Source: Octopus sinensis
Taxonomy: Eukaryota
Assembly: GCF_006345805.1 (NCBI RefSeq)
Contig: NW_021832224.1
Location: 62,001-126,000, forward strand
DNA: 64,000 nucleotides
Direction of reading: 5' to 3'
Shown here piece by piece: positions 12,801 to 25,408 of the stretch; the first letter of the stretch is position 1, and each line of letters starts with the position of its first letter. The translations under genes and the position numbers were made by a program. A model generated the notes under the pieces. The model searched no databases and had not been told where the DNA came from. It was given only the letters and a program-made list of their open reading frames with translations.

Positions 12801-14685
12801 TCAGTTTGGGAGTAAGTTTATCCACGAGTCAATGCAGAGGATGATATTCCTGTGGTTGAAAACCCCACAGCCCCCCAATAAAGTACTACGAGTATAATCA
12901 AGTCCAGGAATTGTCAGTTCTGTTCGAGTCGTTTCCTTCCCACTACTTTATGGGAGTCCTCTCTCAACTGACGTCCCGAATATGCCACAGCGATCAAAAT
13001 ATATTCAACATTCTATCAGTTTTGCCTGTGGATGATTTGTAGGCCATTCTTGTCCGTCTGATCCACTCCTTCCCCCAACAGACACTGTGGGGGATGATAG
13101 CCATATCCAAGGTACTCGTCCTCCCATAACCCAGTCTTCTATCCCACTGAGAGTAGAGCGGTGTCGACATATATTCAACATGGCGAGGTTGTCAGTTCTG
13201 ATCATCTTGAGGGCGGACAAACATCACCCCGTGGCCAAATTGATTGACGACTTTGCTAAACTGGCTGATGAATTGATTCTTGTGGCAAATCGACGACTCT
13301 CCCAATCCTCTTCTCTTAAAGACAACTTCCGGTCATTGCTCCGTCTCTTTGATCGGACGTAAAACACATTGCTTCATCAATTAGTGAGTCGACCAGCCAA
13401 ATTATGTTGCCTCTGCAATCCCAGATGACCCCCTCTGTCCAATCCACCGAGGATGGAGTCATTTATATTGTGGGGTTCAACGACATTGTCCAAGTCCTTC
13501 CATCTTTGCAGAAACCCAAAAAGCTGAGTGTGCGGTGTAGTGATGGGAAATGTCGTTTTATAATGTGCAAGCCCAAGGACGACTTGAGGAAGGACACCCG
13601 AATGATGGAGTTTTGTTCTCTCGTGAATTCTCTGTTCCGAATGACAGGGGAGTCGGGTGTCGTGCCAATTCGGACATATGTAAGACTGTGAGTGGTGTAT
13701 TGGAGTGTGTTGTGCCCCTCAACGAGGAGTGTGGGATAATCGAGTGGATTGACAACACCCGCAGTTACCGCAGCATTCTCACTGATATCTACAAGAGTAA
13801 GGGAATCCACGTCACTCCCAAAATACTCAGACAAGCCGCTCCTGTTCTCTCAGATTCCCTCGAGTAGTCATCCACTCTCACTTTAGTCACAAACTGTCCG
13901 TGTTTCGCGACAAGTTGTTACCGTGGCACCCGCCTGTCTTCTCTGAGTGGTTTCTGTCCAATTTTAACAATTCCGTGGACTGGTAAATCTTGTTGGTTAC
14001 CCGAGGTACTCTGCCAAGAAGAACTTTATACAAAGTGCGGCAGTAATGTCGATTGTGGGGTATGTGGTGGGTTTGGGGGACCGCCATGGGGAGAACATCA
14101 TGTTGGAGGGACAGACAGGGCAGTGCATACACGTCGACTTTAACTGCTTGTTCAACATGGTGACCCAGTCTGAGATCATTCGAAGGGAGATCGATTCGAA
14201 TGGCCGGAAGTCGTCCCTTTCCGTCTTACTCACAACATGACTAAAATGATGGGTGTTTGTGGGGCCGGTGCGACTTTCCGTGAGACATGTCAACGTGTGA
14301 TGAGGATTCTATCACAACATTCGACTCCTCTCCTCAAGTCCCCAATATTTGTATATTTTAGTGTTTTGAGTTCGTTCGTGTATGACCCCCTCGTCGAATG
14401 GAATCGCAAATCAAAAAAGTCCCGAACTCAGAATTCGGAAGAGTTCAACGAACTGGTTGAGAGTGGTCTTTACCAAATCAGGCTTTGCAGCACATTTTGG
14501 CTGTTCAGAGAAGACTCGGCGGGTTTTATGACAACCGTCGTGAAGGGTCTTGTCAGACACTCCCACTGTCTGCTGATGGACACGTTTCCCTACTTATTCG
14601 AGTTGTGTGTGTTTATATTGTCTAGGAAGCCACGGATGAGAAGAATTTGGCACAAATGTTTATTGGCTGGGCTGCTTTTCTATGA
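6825..14685 (+). CDS. ATR: ATR/Mec1 PIKK kinase, many mini-introns
   Basis: LPSLQKPKK...MCKPKDDLRKDTRMMEF, VVPLNEECGIIEW, VMSIVGYVVGLGDRHGENI, HVDFNCLFN, PEVVPFRLTHNM, FATC tail EATDEKNLAQMFIGWAAFL*. Start codon and N-terminal HEAT-region exons not fully resolved. Confidence 0.93.
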
Positions 14686-15747
14686 GTTTTATTCCCAGTC
14701 ATGTTTGTATTGTTATTAGATTATTTATTTTTGTTTTGAGTCAGTTATTTGAATACAAAATAAAAGTAAATCTTCATTTTATAAAATAGCCAATATTTTT
14801 TGCTTATAGATTTTTAGAAAAACCCTATATGGTTGAATTGTCAAGAGTTGTTTCAGAAAAAGCGTGATATAGGTGATCCACAAGCGTATTCCGAAAATGG
14901 CAGATTTTTAAATCATTAGTATTTTTGGAACCTAATGAGGGTATTTAATCATATGATTTGTCAATTTTGACGAGACTTTAAAAAAGAAATGTGAATATAT
15001 TAAGTCTCATTTGAATTATTCAACTGTCTCGCAATAGAAAATAAGTTGAGATTTAGGCGTTCAAGGCAAGACCTTTTGAGAGTCTGCAAGGTCTCAAAGT
15101 ACGTGAATGAATTATTTTCTTATAAGTTTTTGCCAAGTCAGAAGGGGTCCCGGAAAATACACAAATGATGGTTCAATTTTGTTATTAATTAAAAACTTAT
15201 CGTAAATAATCGACATTAATTCAGTTCAGTCAACCGAAATCATAATTTGTATTATCAAAAACATTAAAAAATGTAATTTAATTAGAAAGTAAACTATTGA
15301 TTTCACTTAACTGCCTATTGTTATTACTCCAATACTGTCAACTACAAAGTGTCGCAGCATCTGCTATAGGCCACTTTAACCGCCCGTCTTCTAATAATAA
15401 ATTTATTATTCTTAATTGAAAATGCATTTGACTTGACAGATGAAATTAAATATCAAAATTTTAGACATTACATCAAAAAACTAATTAAAGCTTAAATATA
15501 ACAACAAATGAATGAAATTTCAATTAGTTTTTATTATCAAATCAAAGCAAACCCATTAAATGTAGAGCAAGCCAGGTCACCTAATCACTTGTAATCATGT
15601 CTGGGTTAAACTATCAAATAATTAAGCGTGCCACTCTAAATTTTAATGTCCGTCGTTGACATTTTTGATATTTAATTAAAGCAAAATTTGAACAGATTCG
15701 GGCATTAATGAAATATTTTATTTGATGTATAAAAATATTTGGTTGAG

Positions 15748-16207
15748 TCATAAGGTTTTTAGATATAAATTATTCGGCAAAATATTTGGCGAAATACGCT
15801 CAAATTCAACCATTTTTGTTCGAGGGGATTTGAGCACTGTGAAACACGCCGAAGAATAAGCGTGGGACATCATATTGCAAAATTTGCAAAACCGGTGTTT
15901 GCACTTGAGGCAGTTAACCATTTTATATTCGAAATCAACAAACTTGGATGTTTTACAGAGAGGACAGGCGACCATCCACCCATCCACGGCAGTCTTCTAT
16001 AACTGTGATAATCCAAATACATTATTGTTTTTCTTGTTTGCAGTATTTTGGAATTTGTCCAAAACAATATTTTCCTAAAATATAATTATATTCGCAAAGT
16101 GCCTTGTTTGATTCGTCAAAGTGCGGTCTCTTGGAGGGACTGGAGAACAAACGTGGAGGTTTCTTGCTGGTAAATATATAATTATCAGTGACATGTGATT
16201 GGCACAT
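15748..16207 (-). CDS. EMI1/EMI2 (FBXO5/FBXO43/Rca1)-like APC/C inhibitor, zinc-binding region plus basic-Leu tail
   Basis: Spliced: ...KRPHFDESNK|ENIVLDKFQNTANKKNNN|KTAVDGWMVACPLC...NCLKCKHRFCKFCNMMSH....C...LYLKTL*; IBR/ZBR-type Cys pattern and tail similar to the EMI LRRL tail. Introns 16102-16075 (GC-AG) and 16020-15997. 5' end uncertain. Confidence 0.6.
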
Positions 16208-17040
16208 TTTAGGAAATACTGAATTAAACGCAATTCGAATATTCGAATAAAAAATACGCTTTCGGGGGAATCGATACGTGGAACCAATTTACGATACAAT
16301 TAGATAAAGTACTCACTTTTAGGGACATCAAGGCAACAATGGTGAACAGCTTGGGACTAATCGAATTTTTTCTTTAAAGTCCGCAGACTGTGGGGTTCGC
16401 TAGACAATCGACTTGACCCACAATTAGGTTACTGATAAGCATATCTCCACGCTTTTTGGATCAGATTGATAGTCAATTAAAAAAACACGTGTTTTCATTT
16501 TTTGGAATAATAAATTGATTATTTTTCCTGGAATTTGTAATCTTAATTAAAAAATCGAAAAAAATATTAAAAAAATAATCAGAATTTTACGTCTGTTAAC
16601 TTAATCATGAAAATAATGACATTTATTGTTTAAGCAATTTTGGGTCATATTTGTTTATTAATGAAATTTTATTAAATTCATTTTAATAAATATTGAAATA
16701 TTTTGTCCAAATATAGAATGTCGCCACACAATTGATCCGACGCCCTTCACTGCATTCTATTTATACTTTTTGAAAAATAGATTTCTAATATATTTAAAAA
16801 CAAATCTCCTGTATGATCCTTCAAAATGTCGTAAAGAAAGGCAGCCTGTTCTCCGCAAAAAAACTCTAAAGAAATCGAATCACGGAATTGTCGCGAATAT
16901 TTGATTTTTTGATTAAAATTTTTTAATTTGAATTTTTAATTTTGTAAAAAATAACAATTAACGATTAGCATTGGTTTCGCGGCCGTTCCTGTTGTACATT
17001 GGTATAAACGTGATAATCAGTTAATAAATCACAGACTACA

Positions 17041-20000
17041 ATGAGCATTCCCACAATAAATTCAGAACAATTTTTTACACGAGCATCAAAAATATACCAA
17101 ACATGGAAGGTAGACATATTCCACCTCAAATATTAATCCGGGACATCCCTAACCATTTATAGTCGTCCTCCGACCCAAAGTCCTCTCTGTCGTCCGTGGA
17201 CTCGTTTGTGTTGGCGATTGGCTCGAATGACGTCACTTTTGCCAAGTCCGTGTCCTTACTGGTACCCTATTCCCTATCAACCCTCCAGATTTGGCTCTGC
17301 AGTTTCGAATTGACGGATATTGCTATTTTTTTCACCAAAAATGAAATCTGTATTTTTGCTAGCAAGAAAAAAATAAATTTTTTCCGCCAATTAAAATACG
17401 ACACAACCAAACTGCCGCCCCTCCGTTTCTTCCTCCGAGAAAAAGTATTTCCACCCAAAGTGACCTGAAAGACCACCAAGGACGCTGAGAAAGTCCAAGA
17501 ACTCCTCCAAACCGTCAAAAAATCTGGATCGGTATCAGACTGAGTGACACAGCAGACTGTCGGGAATATCCCAAAGGACGTGTTCTCCGGGGATTTCATT
17601 GAGGCCTGGAACAAGTCCTTCAATGCCGTGGGGTTCAAGACGGTGGACATATCCCGAGACCTGACCCTCGTCATGGCCGCAAAGGACGAGAAGGAACTCG
17701 GCTATGTGCGGGAGGCCTGTCTGACCACCTCCAATCTCTTTGAAAAATTGTTGAAGACCAAAATTATTGAGATCGTCGACGAGGAAAAGGTATTTCTCGC
17801 ACTGACCTGCCAGAAAGTCAAACACAAGAAAATTGCCGAACTTTTGGAGGACAATATATCGAATAAGAAGTACATAGGGGACCTCCCTGGTGACCATGTG
17901 GAGATATGTTACAACCCTATTATACAGAGTGGGGGGAATTACAGTCTTCGGTTTAGTGAGACGAGGTATTTTGAGGACTCATCTGGCAGTTCTGACGCTG
18001 TCTTGAAATTTGATTGCATTATTTGTTGTTTTGGAGTGAGATATCGGTCATACTGCTCGAATATTGTCAGGACTATACTTGTGGAGCCATCCGAGCGACT
18101 CCAAGCAATATACGACTGTTTGTTGGGTGTCCAGAAGGTGGTGGTGGACAATCTGACTGACGGTGGGTGTTTTATTGGAGACTTAGGGGTTCTTCTCTCG
18201 GAGGTCTACAAGGCGGGGGTGAGACATCTCAGGTCCTCAATGCCCGAACTTGTCCCCAAATTGTTGACTAATTTTGGATTTCTGACTGGAATTGAGTTCA
18301 GGGAGTCGAGTATGGTCATAAATGAGAATTCGTCGGGAAGGGCCTCCAAATGTATGATTATTTATGCAGTCAAGCAATGGTATTTAACGTGAATGTGGGG
18401 GTGACTGGTATTGCGGAGAAGGGGGAGAGCAAGGCTGCCATATTCGTGGGGGATATTGCGGTCGTGGGCGGGGAGGGGCCTGCCACTGTGCTTACGTCGG
18501 ACAAGAAGCAGATCAAGAATATTGCGATATTCATGAAGCAGGGCTCGTCCAGTGAGGAGGAAGAGGATGACCGAATCAACCCCGAGGATTTGTACAAGAA
18601 GGCCCCAAAGCGGGCAGTTTCTATTAAAAATAATGTATTGGACTGTGCTGATGTGATAGAACGGGGATAATTTAAAAATGCGTGAAGAACGACAGAATTA
18701 TTTGGCACAGAAAATGAATCAAATGGCACGAGAGAGGCTTTTAAATTCAGATATTGGGACTGACGAAAAGAAACAGTTTGTTTACGTTTTTAACCACCAG
18801 GAGATCACTTTTTGTCAAATCTTATTCGAGTGTGGAACAAATGCCAGAACAGGCTTCGTCGTTGGATTTGGTCGTGGGTTGTCCCTGGTTTGACATTCGT
18901 AGACAAAGACCGTGACACCCTGATCGTCCCCGTGTTTGGAGTGGCCTGTGCATTCCATATATCGACCATCAAGGTGACTGGCTTGTGTATTATGCTGTAG
19001 AATATAAGTCAGTCAATTGAGGGAGGACACACCTATTTGAGAATTAACTTTAATTTATTTCCCACGTCGGATAGTGACAGTTCGCATTCGTTCGTTCGGG
19101 AAATGTTTTTTATTTGTTGATGCATTTGTCAGGACTTTCAGATGTTCGAACGTGCGGTCTTCTGGGTCATTTTCTGCCCCTTCTTTGAACTTGAACACGA
19201 CATTCCGACTGATCAAGGAAGTCCAGAGACAATTAAAGACGAAGGAGACACAGGAGAAACAACGTGAGGTAAAAGTGTTGTGTTTGAATGGAAGGGGATT
19301 GTGCATCAAGACAAGTTAGTGCTCAGTAATTTGACTCAAATCCCCAAAATCCGTGATCTGAATGTCCGACCGAATATATTTAAAAAGCGAGTGGTCGGGT
19401 CATTGGAGGCTCATACAAATGGTATTTCCGTGTTGGCGAATTGTTAGGATTTCGGTATGTTTCGTCACAGGGAAATAAATTTGACTTTCTCTATTCGAAT
19501 GTGGACAAATCATTTTTCCAGCCGGCAGACAACGAACTGATAATTTTGATTCATTTCTGTCTAAAAGTGTGTAGTTGGTGACATACTGCAGAATCCAATC
19601 CTGGTGGACGACAAGAAGGTGGGGGATGTACAGTTCTACTGCGAGGTGGGGGAAGTCGTCAGTGATCTGGGAAAGACTTCCTATTCCAACGACGCTGATG
19701 AGTTGGCAGCAGAACAAGTATTCATTCTGGTGTGATCAATCAGTCCGAGAGAGAGCACAGGAATCACATTAACAAATTATTCCAGTCATTTTGTGACAGA
19801 GTTCATTCCATCAGCCACAAGCAGATTGAGTTTGAGATCCCCCTCAGAGCACTTGGATTTTATGGAAATGTATTCCGCGGGACGTGTTTTCTTCAGCCCA
19901 CCTGCAGTTGTCTTGTTCAATTCGTGGATTGGGTTGTCTAGTTGTGGTTGTCGTAGCCCCCCTTTGTGATGGAGTTGGCCCAGGTCGAGTTCGCCCATTT

Positions 20001-20656
20001 TGAGAGAGTGGGGGACATGGTGGGCAAGCATTTTGATTTGGTGTTTGTGTGGAAGGACTACGCCAAGAAAGTGGTCATTATTAACGCCATCCCCTCCACG
20101 TTCATTGAGCCCATCCGCAATTGGCTCAAGTTTGTTGTCGTCGTAATATTCAGTGAATGTGATATTCGATATACGCAGGGACTTCAGAGTCTCAATTGGG
20201 TCAAGATTTTGAAAGTGGCATGTGAGGATCCTCAGACGTTTTTTGACGACGGTGGATGGGAGTTTTTGAACGATAGAAAGGTTAGTGTTTTTTAATGATT
20301 TAAAGGCTGGTAGTGGGAGTGAGTCCTCCACGGACGACGGTGACTCTGACTATAATCCGTCTTCGTCTGAGAATGACTCCTCCGAGGAGGATGATGACAG
20401 TCTCCCCTCCAATAGTGTTGATGAGGAGGAGGAAGAAGAAATTGGTATTGAAGGTTGTTGACGTTGTAAGACCCGATTGATTCGCTGGAGGATTCTGGAC
20501 AGGATTGGAGTGAATTGGAAGAGAATGCCAGGAGGGGTATGTCTGCATGTATGATTTATAGACGATATGAGAAAGCAAATGGCTGCTTTGGAAAATGGTC
20601 GAAAGAGGGTTCATGAATCGAAATCATCCAGAAATAAGAAATCTCGTAGACGATAA
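17041..20656 (+). CDS. SUPT16H: FACT complex subunit SPT16
   Basis: CYNPIIQSGGNY, GVRYRSYCSNIVRT, NFGFLTGIEFRE, PVFGVACAFHISTIKN, GSLEAHTNGFRY, DVQFYCEVGE, FFDDGGWEFL, acidic tail with GLDWSELE; about 20 GT-AG introns, mostly 21-29 nt. Confidence 0.97.
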
Positions 20657-21549
20657 CTTGATTTTTTGATTTAATTTCTCATTCTTGTAGAATACACTTT
20701 TTTGGGTGAAGGTCTGTTAATTATACTGGTATTAGCTTCCTTTAGGGTTGTAGGGTTTTTTGGTCTGAGTTAAAGTGATATTAGTGAGATATATTACGGA
20801 TAATTGTTTTTTCATTAGGATAGCAATTAGTCATTATCTCGGGTTTATTACCTCCAAAATTAGAGAAAAAACGTTTGTGTGCGAAGAAAATTGCATGACT
20901 GTTTCTCCGAATTATATCAATTGAGATTCTTTGCTAATTTGCGATTATTTCCGTAGGCACTACTACGGGTAGAATTCCTTGTCTGTGGTGAGCCCCTTGC
21001 GATTCCCGAGGTTTTGAATGCGGCCTAGAATGGAGTTTCATACATGTGAACTTTTCCTTCAAGCAATGAAAGCACACAATTTGAAGCAATAAAAACGAAA
21101 TCTTTAGATTCGGAGGCAGGGAATATGTTTGGAGAGAACTAAACAATCGGTTTATGGACAAAAATTCACACTTCATCGTGAAATGGCGGAATTTTGGTGG
21201 AAAATCTCGTGGAAATCATTTTCTAGTACTAGAAAATTTAAACTCCGTTTCATAAACTGGAGTTATGTGAGTTTGTTTTCCAACAAGAAAAGACCTATAT
21301 CATAAATCAAAGATGACTATTTTTAAAATATAAAAAACAAGATTGATGAACCTACTATCCTTCAAAAGTTAAACTCTTGCACGCAAAAGTATTCCTTTTG
21401 ACCTATTTCAAAGATGGGCTACTTGGAAAATTTCCCACATTGTTGCTAAAAATTATGATACCCATGTTTTGGGTGAATCGTTAATAATGCTTTCTATCGC
21501 AGCTGTTTTAAGAAAATATGTTGGGACATAATCCATCTGAAATTTTAAA

Positions 21550-22130
21550 AGTTGTATGATTATTTTGATGTTTTTAGAATTTACCTTTGAGTATACGATT
21601 CGTCGCCAAATTGACAAAATGACCCAAAGCGTTATTAATATAGAATTATCACATACCAGATATTCATCAATTTGCAAGGAAAAAAACAGACGTCTAGTCA
21701 ATGTATCACTGTAATAGGCACCAATTTTGGTTCTGGCAACATTCTACGGTCTGACAAAAAAATTGAATTCGAAAAATCTTATGTGATAAATGTCTGTGAC
21801 GAGTTCTGTATTTTTAAAATACACGGAAGACCAAACAATCTTCCCGAGTCAAAGAATTGTTGAAATATCAAGCAGACCATCACAAAAAGTTTATCCAAAA
21901 TCACGAGTATGGATAACAAAAAAGAGTGGATAAACCACATAAGAAAGGTTATGTTTTTATACTATCAAGTCTCTAATTCATGGATGATTTTTTTGTTTTA
22001 ATTTTTTGCAGCAGTAAGCGGGTTCAAGAAATATCGAGAGATTCTGTATTATGGAAAAATAAACAGGACGATGGGAGTCATAAATCAAAATATAAATTAA
22101 ACGTTGGAGATATTTTATTTATTTTATAAT
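21550..22130 (+). mobile_element. Degenerate rve/DDE integrase, Ginger2/KRBA2-like
   Basis: FGSGNILRSD..IEF...HGRP...IKQTITKSLSKI...KKEWINHIRKV matches the integrase core pattern; in-frame stops present. Confidence 0.6.
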
Positions 22131-23049
22131 CAACTAGAAATTTTATATTCAGAATGATTAGGAGACGAATCTTTCTCATTTGAGAAGTCTGAGCATCAAT
22201 ACGTAGAAAATGTAATTATTGTTGCAAAAAAGTCTAACAAATTTGTCAGCGTTTAATTAAAAGAAGTAAAAATCATTGCTCAAAAAATCAACGAAACAAA
22301 CCATTGTGGGCATAATGCTTTGGATGCACTTTGCAGAAGATTTTTAGTATAGAGTAGGGTTTACATTTTTGGACGTAAATTTCAGAATGCCTATACAATG
22401 GCAGTGATTTACTATACATAACATAAAAAGATAAAAGTAAAAACTAATTATTTATTAATTCATTTATTGGATTATTTCCAAATCTTGATTTTCCAGTAGA
22501 TTTTCAAATGCAGATTCGGTTAAAATGACATCAAAATAGTTTCCATGAGAGAGTTTCAAACACAGTCATCAGAAATACAGCAGAACTGTGCATAATATTA
22601 ATTTCGATTAGTTTGGGTTCATTTACTTAATTATTAAAAAATACTCGAATTTATCACTTTATTCTAAAGTTCAATTATTAGTCAACATCCAAGTCATGCA
22701 TAGATTGTAAATGAGAGCTGTTTAATTGGAGGAAATATCTGGTTAGTGTTTATTTAATCCACATTAGTGTTAAATTAACTAAATCTCCGACGATTTTTGT
22801 TGTTTACACTTAGACAGGTCATAACTAGTGTAATTTTGTTACCACTGGTCAAATAAATTTTATTATCATTGCTGTCGGTCCCCTATTTTTATAATTTATT
22901 TGATAGCACAAAAGTCATAATTTTCTCCTAATTACCCACGATGTAAAACTTCAATCAATAATTGAAGAATCACTTCTAGAAAGGGACTTTTCCGTACAGA
23001 ATTAACGTGGACACTACCAAATTTATTATTTTAATTAAATGAAATCAGA

Positions 23050-24195
23050 AACTAATATGACTATATCGGACCTGGGGGGTCAGTCCGACAAAAACGCACT
23101 GCGGATCGAGAGGCAGTAACCGCATAGAATAGAGACCGAGACCCGCTAGAAGACCCAGCTTGTCTCCTTCCGGTCATGAGTCTTCAAGGCAATTTTATCG
23201 CCGAGCATAGGCAATAACCTTTCGGCCTTATTACCGACAACGCTAGTTGTTTCAAAAGCAAGGGGGCGAACTCGTAAACGCCAGAAAAGAGTACGTATTT
23301 CGACTTTTTCCTCTCCTCCGCAAGCGCGCAAGCGTATCTCTGAGAACATGCTGTCCAGGACAACAGCGTCTCAGAAAAAGAATTCACACAGGTCACGTCC
23401 CAAACGAGTAGCCTACCTCCCCTGAAAGGGAACATAGTCATTCCGTCAGGACGTTTTCCGTCGTTCCGAAGGAGTCCAACAGGTTCCAGTGTAGACGGGA
23501 AACCGGCGGAATCTAAAGTTATTTTTATGACATCATTGAGAAGTGCATGGTGTGGGAAACGGCCAGCACTCATCTTGCATTACAACGTGTGTAACTCTTT
23601 TTTCGAGATCATCGAACCACACCGACAACGGTGCGGTTGGCATATGTTTAATCCCAGCCACAAACACACGCCGATACGGACGGCTCCGTCCTCCAGGAAC
23701 AGACCATTAGAGGCCAGTGGGAGAGCATTTAGCCAATTCCCAGAATGAGGCTGGCAGGCGCAGTTCAACGACGCCAACTGCATCTGATCGCCTTGCGAGC
23801 CAAGGCTTTCCAGCAAGTGTGAACATCTGATGACATCCCAATTCTTCTGTATGAAAGGAATCTCAGGAAAGAATCTCCATTCGTGAACAGCAGCTGGATA
23901 TTCCGATGACTCGCTGAGTTCGAGTGAGTTATTGAGAACAGAGCAAACAAAATTTCCAGAAGCAGACATCGAAGAGAGAGATAGCAAGGCAAGATCTGCA
24001 CAAGAACGAACCGCGATACCCCAAATCGGAGCGGGAGTGCAGCACGAGAGCGACCATCTTTAGTGAACAAAGTATTTAGAAGGAATTGCAACAACAACGC
24101 AACAGCGTCATACAAAACCAGAAGTTCTTGATTTAAACGATAACATGGAGAAGAGCGAAGCAAAATCAGCCGAGGGATATAAAGAAAGTTCAACA
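23050..24195 (-). mobile_element. CRE-like non-LTR retrotransposon, 3' half (frameshifted)
   Basis: SGNWLNALP...LGLNICQPHRCRCG, GRFPHHALLND, EPVGLLRNDGKRPDG...WDVTC, AEERKKSKY (zinc knuckle plus RLE). Confidence 0.85.
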
Positions 24196-24299
24196 TACGT
24201 ATTTAACATATTTTGTTCTTGTAGTGCCATTTATCAAGTCCAAACAATTGTTTTTCTTCTCAATTATTCATGGCCGTTTGTTCTGTTTGTAAAACATCC

Positions 24300-24840
24300 A
24301 ATATTGATGGCATTAAGCCAATCCATTTGAGGGACCTTACATCCCCCCTGATGGCCGATTCAGGCCGTGTTTTATTCTGTTCAATCAATCGACTTTGTAC
24401 TTGGATCATTACTGGCTCTTTACCTGCAGTAGCAAGGGATCTCCTCTTTTTTGCCAATATTACGGCCCTCCTCAAGAGTGATGGCGGATCACTCCCGATC
24501 ACAGTTGGAAGCGTATTCAGACGCCTGACTTCCAAAATAATGTCTCATCGTGTTGTCCCCCAACTGAGGCAGGAGTTCTTGCCTTATCAATTTGGCGTCG
24601 ATGTTAAAGGGGCTTGCGAAGCACTAGCCTACGCTACCCGCCAGTTGTTGTTTTCCAAGCCAAAGAATGTTCCCTTCCTTCTCAAACTTGATGTCAAGAA
24701 CGCTTTCAATAGCGTCAGGAGGGACCACATGCTCGATGCAGTGTCCGAACGCTGCCTCGAGTTATTCCCAATAGTTTCTCTCGCACTTTCCATCTCAAGC
24801 AGCATGCTGTTTTCCGGGAAAGTCATTAGGTCGGAAAAAG
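24300..24840 (+). mobile_element. CRE-like reverse transcriptase N-terminal fragment, opposite orientation to the adjacent 3' half
   Basis: IDGIKPIHLRD, ALLKSDGGSLPITVGSVFRRL, QFGVDVKGACEA, KLDVKNAFNSVRRD; stops before the QQGDP motif. Confidence 0.85.
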
Positions 24841-25408
24841 TAACAATTAATGGCTTTTTGTTCTTGTTTATTTTCAATGATTTTGTCAAATCTTGGCACT
24901 TTTTTGCTAATTGCAATACGAATGTCATTTCATGCTTTAATTGCCAAAAGAGAGGTGAATCCTGACTCGCATAAGTATGTCGTTGAAAATGGAATAATTT
25001 CATACAGGTTAGTTTCCAGCTAGGGTCAATTCTCGTTATCGTTTCCCTGCCGTGAGGCGATGAGTACTTCTGGCACGACACAATTGAAAAATGAAGGATC
25101 TCTTACCCTCCTTCCGGTCTTAGCGTGGCGTTATGGGGTCCACCATGTCAGTTGAAACTTCCAATCGGATATGGCAACGCTCAGGAGGCACTTAATGCCT
25201 ACCGAAAAAGGACTTCTATCAAACCTTTCAGAAGAATCTACACCCCTCGACATAAATATTGGTGAATCTTCAACTTACTTATTCATACAAAGAATGATTT
25301 AATTTTTTCTTCAGATATATTTTAAAATCTGATAAAATTGATAAAAATTAATTTAATTATTTAAATTTTGAAATTTTGTCTAAGAAATTTGGAAAAAACA
25401 ACGACTTT

